Assembly: GCA_950097015.1 (NCBI GenBank)
Contig: CATNEN010000039.1
Coordinates: 15,190,001 to 15,254,000, forward strand
Direction: 5' to 3'
Length of the DNA stretch: 64,000 nucleotides
DNA from: Macrostomum hystrix
Taxonomy: Eukaryota; Animalia; Platyhelminthes
Under the pieces are notes generated by a model. That model worked only from the letters and a program-made list of their open reading frames with translations. It made no database searches and was not told the DNA's origin. Below, in pieces: positions 13,166 to 22,418 of the stretch (within the stretch, counting starts at the first letter, position 1; each line of letters starts with the position of its first letter). The position numbers were made by a program, and so were the translations under genes.

Positions 13166-14926
13166 CTAATCAAATCCGCCAGGCCCCAGTAGAGAGTCCA
13201 AGTCGTCCAAGACGCTGCAAGGCAGGCCGTCGCCAGATTCAAGATCGGCAGCGTCTGGCTGGGAAGCATCCATTGTCTCCGCCGCCGCCGTAGCCGCAGC
13301 TGAACCTTCGGCACTCTCGTCGTTGATACCAGGCTCTGAGTCATCGCCAAGCTGCCCTTCTTGGCCTTTTTTATCTTCTTCATCGTCGTTTTCCGTTTCA
13401 TCTGAGTCAGCCTCCAATTCGATGTCTTCGATATCACCAGCAGCCGCCGCAGATGCAGCATAATAGTTTTCATCGTTGTCATCGTGTTGAAGTTCGTCGG
13501 AAACGCCATCGTTCTCATCTCCGATGTCGACGAGGAAATCTAAGTCAGCTTTTTCTTCATAGTCGTCCTACAAGTTAAAAAAACATAATCTAAATTATTA
13601 TTTAAACACTCTACTGTTAGTAGAAATGATTGCAAAACTGTGGAGTGAGTGGCAGAGCGGTCAAACGAGTTGGCCTCTCGCACCAATGTCCCTGAGCGAG
13701 GTTCCGCAGCGAGGCCACATTTATTTGTGGCAGCATTGATTGTCAATATACTCACCTGTTGAGCAGCGGCAGTTGCCAACTGACTCAACTCAGTCGATAA
13801 TCGATCAATATCGCTTAACAATGCCTGCGACAATCTGGCATCTCCACCGCCGCGTCCTTCATCTTCATCGTCGTCATCGTTGTAATGCCCGACGGTGGCT
13901 TTGCCAACAATTGCGTCGGCTCTAGCCAGGTAGCGCGATGCCATTTCAACAGTCTGGCTAGTGACGCTGCTCTGCAGTGCCAGCATCTCAATCAGGGTGT
14001 CCCTGGCCTGCGATGGTGGGGCAACGAACGAATAACAGGCCGAATTTCGCGAACTTTGGCAATATTAACAAACGGTAGGGGATATTTTACGAACTGTGGG
14101 GATAATTTAGAAACGGTAGGGGATAGTTTGCCTACCCCAACGCTGCCCGCAAAAAAAGTGGTTACGAAAGTTAAGAACTGTGGGGACATTTTTTAACGGT
14201 AGGGGATATTTTACGAACTATGGGGACAAAGATAATTAGCAAATCGCGGGTATAAATTTCTTGCCGTGGGATGGAATAATTTGCGAACTGAACTGTGGGG
14301 ATAACTCGCGAGCTCTTGTAATACGTTGCTGAATTATGTAGATTTTTTATCAGTCGTTATTTAGTGTTAGTCTCGGACTCCTGACTAGAGGCTTTCGGCT
14401 AGACAAGACACTGAATCGAGTTAAGTGTGGCGGGCGCAACTTACTTTGTCTATAGACAAATATTCCTATACAATCTGTTTTCAAGAGTTCTGATAAAGAA
14501 GCTTAATTATTATTAGAAAGAATGCTACAAACAAACCTGCAAAGGTCTGTACTCATTGATGAGATGATGCATATTGATAAAGAGCAGCTTCATATGCTCA
14601 AGCTTTTGAAGTCGGTCGGGTGAATCCGGACACTTGACAACAATATCCATCAGATCCAAATAGTTAGCCAATATGGAGAAGTTCAACTTTTTCAATTCTC
14701 GCTTATGATCATAAAGTGCCGGGTAGAGTCGTCTGATATTTTGACTCTCCAGCGAGTGAATAACAGCGTCTTCCTTAGCGCAAGGCACACCAAACATGGA
14801 GTAGCTAGAGTCCAGAGGACGAGGCGGAGGGGGAACTGTGCCACTCTGCACACGCTCGTCTGTGTAGCAGCTTACATATTGCATTGGCGGCAAAGGAAAT
14901 GTGCTAATACGACTGCCGTCTGACAT
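13166..14926 (-). CDS. MED7: Mediator complex subunit 7 with acidic C-terminal extension, 3 exons
   Basis: Exons 14926-14537, 14007-13756 and 13567-13166. Conserved MED7 sequence FPLPPMQY...PPPPRP..SYSMFG...SLESQNIRRLYP..YDHKRELKKLNFSILANYLDL...LFINMHHLINEYRPLQ|ARDTL. Confidence 0.93.
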
Positions 14927-16201
14927 CACTGATTAGGGCTGCAGAGTGAGTAAGATTTGAGTAGTTAGCCATGACTTAAAACTACAAAGAACACACTAAC
15001 TTTCCCCTCCTAAATTTCAGCAATTCAACAATTTCCGAGATATTTAGCAATTTTTGTCTAAAACGCTAGTGTTAAGGACACTAACATCACACTGTATCAA
15101 CCTTTATGGCGAATACATATTGGTTCTGTAATATAAAAATAATAATGTAGGTGAAATTTCGATGGATAAACATGGATACAATGGAAGCTTCTGCCACCCC
15201 AGAAAGAATTGTTGAATATCTCAATGAATCCATGTTCTGTGATTCTGCAAGTTGTTTCATTGGATGGAGGGGAAATTTTATCCTGTGTTTTGGACTTTCA
15301 TGGCGTTGAGTGTTTTGGGAGATCCATCTGTCTATTATAAAGGATTATCTATGAGGTTTTCATGGGCTAGCAAGACAGACAATGGCATGACATATTTGAC
15401 TTAGAGCATTTAACTTATTGTTTTTACATTTGATAATAGTCTCGGAGGTTTTAATAGTTTGTTTAACAAATCAATAATTGTCTTACTGTCCAACATTGAA
15501 ATAATTTCGAGCGGAGCGAAGCGGAGCGAGTCTTTAGGTTTATGATGCCCCGGTAGGTCTGATGTGCCAAACCCCCCCCCCCTTTTTCTCAGCTCGTACC
15601 CTACCGATTTTCTTGGGACTTGCGCCATTCGATTCGTCGTCGAAAATTAGTTTGGGATCACCAAAACAGACTTGCAACATTTCCATTGCTTCCTGCTCAA
15701 AATTGAGTATTTCCCTTTCTGAGCTATTTTTAGCATCAAGGTCAGAAGTCAGAGCCTTTTTAACTTTCCTTTCCTTCCTTCCTTAAGGAAGGCAGGCTCC
15801 ACGCAGCAGGGGGGCAGTTAATGTACATTGAATTCACTGGCCTAGCACAGCAGCGGGCATCAGCCAGCCAGCCACACTAAGGCTCCCGACCTCCCCTTCG
15901 CCCCTTAACCAATTGGCCTGCACTTGCCAAAGCCACACACCACTGACACTAAGGAAGGAAGGCTGGCTGCTATTCAATTGTGCAGCACACACCAACCCCA
16001 AATCCTTTCGGGCCAGTTAATGTGCATGTGAAGACAGAAAACACAAAACAACCCCACACCACACCACACAGCACGAAGCAGCCCACATAAGGACCACCAC
16101 CACTACTGCAGCGACATTGTTAGCTGATATTGTTGTACTGACTTAGTATTATAAAATAATAAATTAGTCTATTAAAATGTAAAAATTAAATTAGAAACAA
16201 A

Positions 16202-19200
16202 ATGAGCCCTCCGAAGTTTCCAGCTAGTTGTCCAAAATGTGGACTGTTTTGGAAGAAAGGTCGGCAGTCATGCTGTAGGAGAAGCTGCAATTTCAATTTA
16301 CTCGGAGGGCTGAAGGGTCCAGAGTTTGGTGCACGAGGAAAGCAATTTGGCGTTCAAGGAAAACAATTTGGTGAAAAAGGGCGTCGTCAATTTGGACACG
16401 AAGGACGTGACTTCGGATTGCTCGTCGGTCGTCGGGTTGCAAGTAAGTTTGTGTTTTTATACTTTCACCACACAAGAGATTAGGGTCCGAGACCCGATGA
16501 TATATTTAATTTCTCTATAACGTTCTACACATGCTCCAGGGAATTCTTCTTCTGCTTCACCTCTGCCTATTTCGCGGCCAAACACGCGTTACGTTTGCTT
16601 TGCAAACAGTGCGCTCACCAGTCTGATATCCGGCACTGTCCTGGGCCAGTTGGCATCTGACATCGGAGAGCAAGCTACTGCCACGAATGTCGAGTTATTA
16701 TTGGCGAATTGTAGCAGATCAGGACAAGAGCAGAATGTGCATCGACTCATCAATGCAGTGGCTGCGGTAGGTGCAGCGGGTCCGCAATTCGTTGTTGGTG
16801 AGTTTGATGATTGTGCAGAATTTTTGTCGGCTTTGTTGCAGCATCTGGCTGTTGGAACTAGGAGTGATGCTGTACGCCATTTGTTTGAGCTGCCAATTTT
16901 TATCAGGTGTGATACCTGCTTATCAGTGCTATATGAAGGCCGACATTTACTGCTTTCATTGCCAGTGCCTTCGACAGCGAATAGTATGACACTGCAGGAT
17001 TTAATTGCCAGATGGATGACGATTTCTGTCGCACAGCAATGTTGCCCCAAAGCCCAGCCAAATTTGGAATTTAACCAAGCACCTAAGCACATAGTAGTTG
17101 AGCTGTCGCGCATTACTGAGTCATTAGAGCCCGTGCGGTCATTAGTAAACTTAGTCGCTGAATTTAGAATTGGAAATCGAGTCTATTATCCTACAGCAGT
17201 AGTGCATCAAACCGGAAGCCAGCAGCTTGGTACATCACACTTTTTCTGTGATGTGTACAACAACGATTCCTGGTATCGATGTAATGATTTCTCTGTCACA
17301 TCCACCAGCAAGGAAGAAGTTGGCCTCGGCGGCAGAACCTGCTGTCTTTTGATTCTCACAGCTGATCTACACTCATCTCCTTTCTCTGCTAACGTTCAGC
17401 AAGTGCGTTTTAGTAATGCCGCTACTACAAGTGTTCACGCAGATCCACCGGATGCTGCTTCAGCCTCTACGAGTGTTCCCGTGGATTCACCATATGCTGC
17501 TTCTGGTGAAGCTGGTAATGCCTCGCAAGATGCAGCTCCTTTTTGCTCACAGATTTACGACGATGCGCAGCTTCCGTCACGGGCACAACATGCAGCCAAC
17601 GACAACGAAGAGGTTGGTACCAACTCCACCCCCCAGAGGCCTTCTGTGTATGATGAATGGATGATGCAGAAATCGCTACAACCGACATTCAATGATTTCA
17701 TAGAATATCGGCAAATGGAGTTCGACGCGATGCGGTTGCATGCTGATGCTGTCGATTTTAAGAGCTACTTACCAGACTTCAACCCATTTTTGGGCTTAGG
17801 AATTAAATTTGACGCCAATATTGCCGAATACGCGACTTGGAAAAAGTGCAAAGTTTGTGAACGACAGTGGCCCAATCTTGATGTAGACAATAATGGAAAG
17901 TGTAAACATTGCAGAGTTCCAGACACCCCACTATTTTCACCAGCCAATGGATTCAGTCTGGAAGATGTGCCCCCTGACCTGAATGATCTGACATGCGTGG
18001 AGCAAGCTTTGATCTCGCGGCTGCATATTGTGAAAACGGTATATCTACTGCGTGGATCTTCATGTAACTTAAGCCGTGGTCATTCTATTGCATTTGAGCA
18101 GGATGTGCAAGGGTTTATTAATCGCTTGCCCTGCAGTGCAGCCAACCTGCCTTTCCTCGTGGTGCGGATGCCTGGAACCTGTGTAACCAAGGTTAAAGAC
18201 TTTCGAGTAAGGCGACATCGTGTGCTACGAGCACTAAATTGGTTGCGCTTAAATAACCCAGAGTATAAATCTATCGAAATTGACGACCACTTACTTAACA
18301 CCCTTCCCGAAGATGGCTGCATTGATGAAGTGCCGCACATTGATATTGGAGTTGAAAATTCAGCCGACTCCGGTCCCAAAGACAGTTCCGACGATATTCA
18401 TATCGATCGGAGTGCCGCTCAGCCAGGTGGGGATTTCTCGGGTCTACGTCAAGAGAAGTTGATTCTAAGAGCTTTGCAGAACATTTCCGTTCCGTACCCA
18501 GCTGTCGGATCACATGCAGTGCAAGAGAAAACCCCTGGCTACTTTACTTGTGCTTTTCCTTGCCTCTTTCCTTACGGCCGATGCGACATCACTCGCAGTG
18601 GGCGCTTGAAACAGCCACAGCTGACAACAGGCACTTATCAGAAATACTTTCAGTTTCTTGTACAGCTCGACAGAAGATTTGCACAGCATCACCTGTTTCC
18701 GTTTGTGGCTGCAAACATGCTGCAGCGTCATCAGGCAATGCAGATCGGTGGAGTGTTCTGCGATCGTGCTGTTGCTGGACTTTCGGCTGAGGAACTGGCT
18801 CGACGTTATCAAAATGGAGACCGAAGTATCATTAACAAGCTGTCACATTTTGCATCTGTAATAAAAGGTAGTCCATCTTACTTTCAACAGATGGCTCGGA
18901 AATCTCTTTCGTACTGTGCCTACAATAGAATTCGTGGCGATCAAATGTTCAACGTTTTCATGACTTTGTCGGCTGCAGATCTGCAGTGGAAGGATTTACA
19001 TCTTATTTTAGACAGGGAAAATAATTATGTAGATAAGAACGTGATCCGTCTCGGCGTGGGTGACACGCTGCCTCATGGCAGTCTGGATGCTAAGTCGGAT
19101 ATGGCGATGCGCATGAAGAATCTGCGAAACAATTCTGATGTGGCTGACTGGTTTTTCTGCGAAAAAGTGCGACACTTCATGAAGCACGTGATTCGTCCTG

Positions 19201-19493
19201 CATTCGGCGTCATTGATTTTATTATTCGGTACGAGTATCAATTCAGGGGATCTGTGCATGCTCATATCCTGCTGCAGGTCCCAAATGCTGTGACCGCTGC
19301 GGATCTCAAACTGGCATCGTTACTTTGGAAGCAGCATGCTGGCATGGTAAATTATAACGACGATGAGTCTACGGCCATTCATGAAAGCAAATTGCGATAC
19401 GAAAAATTCACGATGTTGATGGGGGTCAGAGCGGTTCATCCGGAGTGCAATGTGAAGCAGTGGCCGCCTCCATTGGGAGAAAATTTTCAGTAA
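16202..19493 (+). CDS. Helentron polyprotein, N-terminal part: Cys-rich leader, USP/C19-like protease, DUF6570-like region, HUH Rep motifs
   Basis: Exon 16202-16442 (donor GTAAGT) splices in frame to 16540 (acceptor CTCCAG). Cys box YVCFANSALTSL, DDCAEFLSALL, His box VVHQTG..TSHFFCDVYNNDSWYRCND. Further motifs RGHSIAFEQD, VRRHRVLRALNWL, AFPCLFPYG, FMTLS, RYEYQFRGSVHAHILL. Ends at an in-frame TAA. Confidence 0.85.
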
Positions 19494-22418
19494 CCTCCAG
19501 TCAATTGCCTTCGAATGCGCTATTCAGATGTCGCTGCCAGTGCCAAGGAGCGTTCTGCACTAAAAGACGTTTTGCGTCATGACTACACTCTCTTAACAAA
19601 CCGAACCCTGCTTCATGACTGCCGGAAGGGCAAGTCGTCCTGCTTTAAACATAATAGTGATAAGTGCCGTTTTCAGTTTCCTCGTGATTTGGTCGATTAT
19701 TTTCTTTGGCCCTGCAATTCTGGCGTTCGTGAAGGAGAATCCAAACCAGAAACTTTTTATCGTAGAGGAGGTACGCACAGTAACATAGTTTTTGACCGGA
19801 GTGGGATGCTTGTAATTCGTAATCACCCTTTCGTTGTTTCACACGTGCCAGAATTAGCGCAAATTTTCAGAAGCAACGTTGATGTCCAGTTGGTGCAATC
19901 TTATTCGTCGCTGCTAAAGTACCTCATGAAGTACACCCTGAAAGGCGAAGGAAGCTCAGATGCATTTTCCGTTATTACTGCCGACGTGCTGAAAAGTTCA
20001 AGTAGTGCACTGGATAAAACACGCGCATCTGTGTACCAGAAGCTGCTGATTCAGTGGACTGGAAAGCGCGACTACTCAATGCAAGAAGCATTTCACCTAA
20101 TATTTAACCAACACTTTGTTGAATTCGGACGCGAATTTCGTACGGTCAGCTTGGGTGGTAAGAAACTTCTAGCAAAGAACTCAATTGATTGGGCAGAACT
20201 TTACTGGAGCAAAGACGAAGACCCAAACTTTTTTAATCTCTTGCAAGCTTTTATCAGTGGAGATGTTACTACGGACCCTCGGCTTGTCACATTGTATGAA
20301 TTTGTGAGTAGCTACAGTTCCAAGTGGAGGCCACTAGGCAGTGGTGAACGAGGTTCGCACAACACTGCCTACATTCCACATGTGGTGCCTTCAATTGTCA
20401 AAGCACCCGTGAAAGGCTCGCCACAGTATAAACAATTCTGCTGGCAGCAGCTGATTCTGCACCTACCGGGTGCCAAGCCAAGCGAATTAGAAATCGATAC
20501 AGCCGATGTGATGCTCGCTGAATTCGTCAAAAACAACTCGAGGTGTCCATCTTATGTTAAGGAACAGTTCTATCAACTTCAGCTGCCGCAGAGGGGACCT
20601 AAGAAGGTTGTCGACGACATTGCAGAAAGAATTATCAATTGTCGTGACGACTCCAATGAAGCTGAACTCGTTCCCGATGATCTTCCCGTGCCAAATAATC
20701 TGATTTTCCAGGCGGACTGGACTGGTGTGCATAGGAATAATCCAAACGAAGAGCTTCAGGTTGACTCCGACGATGAACAAGAGGAGCTGGAAAAAATGGC
20801 TCGAGCATCTGATTACGCTTGCTGCAATAGAAGGCTCTCTCTTCAGCAAATTGAAGCTGGTGTTCATTGGTTGAAGAATACAACTAAACAGTATAACCAG
20901 ATTGGTGATAAAGCAAAAGTTACCGATGATGTCCACATGATTGACCCAAATTCGCTTAACGTAAAGCAGAGACAGATTTTTACATATATTACACAAAAAC
21001 TCGATGAATATGTCCGTTGCATTGTTGATCTGCAGAGTGAATGGCCTAAACCTATTTATGTTGACATTTCTGGAGCTGCTGGTTGTGGCAAGTCATTCAC
21101 ATTGAAGTGCATTCTTCAACATCTTGCAGAAAGTTTGCGTCAGAGAAGCTCTGCTTCCTTGAATGACAGCTCTGTGGCTCAAGTTGCTGCCTACTCAGGC
21201 TGCGCAGCAAATCTTATTGGTGGTTGCACGCTTCATAGCCTGTTGAGCTTGCCACTGAAGCCTAAAAATATCCAACCGTTATCAGCAGAGCAGCTAGTGC
21301 GTTTGCAAGCGCAGCATAAAAATTTGCGCATGCTGTTCATTGACGAGAAAAGCATGATGGGTAAATTAGCTTTTGCATGCATTGATCATCGGTTGAGAGA
21401 GCTTTTTCCAGCCAATGCAACAAAGCCTTTTGGTGGGATTTCCATCGTTCTGTTGGGTGACTGGTGTCAACTACCGCCTGTGAAGGACACTCCGTTGTTT
21501 GCTGAAAACCCAAAATACGCCACCAAGATGCACTCTGATGCTACTATTCTCTTCGAGCTTTTCACAGACTGTTTTGAATTAGCTGTCAATGAGAGACAAA
21601 CGGGCCAGTCAGAGTTGCAGTTTCGCGATGAATTACAGCGGCTTCGTGATGGCACGTTTACAATTGCCGACTACAGGCATTGGCAGGAGAGACTATTCAA
21701 CTCTGTTGCTGTAGATGAGCAGCTGGAATTTGCTGGAGCCACGCACATTTGCATGGTGAATTCTGTCAAGAATGTATGCAATCGAACAGCACTGATTTCA
21801 ATGCAGGAGCCTATCATTGGAATTCATTCATTTAACAGCCGAGGAACTGTGCGCATCGAAGGACTAAGTAATAAACTTTATCTGGCAGTTGGAGCCCAGG
21901 TCATGTTGACACGCAACATCTGGGTTACTGCTGGTCTGACGAATGGAAGTGAAGGCATAGTGTACGACATCTGTTATCTTCCTGGACGCAGCCCTCCCGA
22001 TCTGCCTGATGTCATTGTCGTGTGTTTTCCTGGATTCTCTGGACCTCCATTCCTGCCTGAAATTGCTCACTCTGTCGCTCTAGTCCCAGTGACGAGCGTG
22101 GCAGACGATGACACCAACGTCAGATATAGGAAGCAGTTTCCTCTAAAGCTTTCCTTTGCAATGTCAGTACACAAGGCTCAGGGAAAAACGTTGGAGAAGG
22201 CAATTTTACACCTGGATCGCAGAGAGTTCACACCCGGTCTGTTGTACACTGCCTGCACTCGGACTCGCAGAATACAGGATCTGCTGTTCATGTCTCTGCC
22301 GCCTTTCATAGTATTCCAGCAAATGGCCCAATCGTCTTCGTTCAGGCTTCGACGAATGGTGTTCGAGCAATTTCACCAACGTTGCAGGATTACAGCGGAA
22401 CGTCTGCAACAGCTTTAA
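19494..22418 (+). CDS. Helentron polyprotein, C-terminal part: Rep Y2 motif and PIF1-family SF1B helicase
   Basis: Same frame as the upstream ORF, directly after the TAA. Motifs CRFQFP, YLMKYTLKGE, RDYSMQEA, GAAGCGKS, FIDEKSM, PFGGISIVLLGDWCQLPPV, GLTNGSEG, QFPLKLSFAMSVHKAQGKTL, LYTACTR. Confidence 0.92.
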   Translation, partial: PPVNCLRMRYSDVAASAKERSALKDVLRHDYTLLTNRTLLHDCRKGKSSCFKHNSDKCRFQFPRDLVDYFLWPCNSGVREGESKPETFYRRGGTHSNIVFDRSGMLVIRNHPFVVSHVPELAQIFRSNVDVQLVQSYSSLLKYLMKYTLKGEGSSDAFSVITADVLKSSSSALDKTRASVYQKLLIQWTGKRDYSMQEAFHLIFNQHFVEFGREFRTVSLGGKKLLAKNSIDWAELYWSKDEDPNFFNLLQAFISGDVTTDPRLVTLYEFVSSYSSKWRPLGSGERGSHNTAYIPHVVPSIVKAPVKGSPQYKQFCWQQLILHLPGAKPSELEIDTADVMLAEFVKNNSRCPSYVKEQFYQLQLPQRGPKKVVDDIAERIINCRDDSNEAELVPDDLPVPNNLIFQADWTGVHRNNPNEELQVDSDDEQEELEKMARASDYACCNRRLSLQQIEAGVHWLKNTTKQYNQIGDKAKVTDDVHMIDPNSLNVKQRQIFTYITQKLDEYVRCIVDLQSEWPKPIYVDISGAAGCGKSFTLKCILQHLAESLRQRSSASLNDSSVAQVAAYSGCAANLIGGCTLHSLLSLPLKPKNIQPLSAEQLVRLQAQHKNLRMLFIDEKSMMGKLAFACIDHRLRELFPANATKPFGGISIVLLGDWCQLPPVKDTPLFAENPKYATKMHSDATILFELFTDCFELAVNERQTGQSELQFRDELQRLRDGTFTIADYRHWQERLFNSVAVDEQLEFAGATHICMVNSVKNVCNRTALISMQEPIIGIHSFNSRGTVRIEGLSNKLYLAVGAQVMLTRNIWVTAGLTNGSEGIVYDICYLPGRSPPDLPDVIVVCFPGFSGPPFLPEIAHSVALVPVTSVADDDTNVRYRKQFPLKLSFAMSVHKAQGKTLEKAILHLDRREFTPGLLYTACTRTRRIQDLLFMSLPPFIVFQQMAQSSSFRLRRMVFEQFHQRCRITAERLQQL

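Noticed and set aside
13640-13720. Functional tRNA gene
   Set aside because: An A-box is present, but I could not form a convincing cloverleaf, T-loop or B-box. Treated as a SINE-like remnant.
19491-19493. Non-standard genetic code (TAA reassigned) or a micro-intron removing the Helentron stop
   Set aside because: TAA terminates OPA1 and the helicase normally. The only GT..AG around the stop is 11 nt, too short and frame-breaking.
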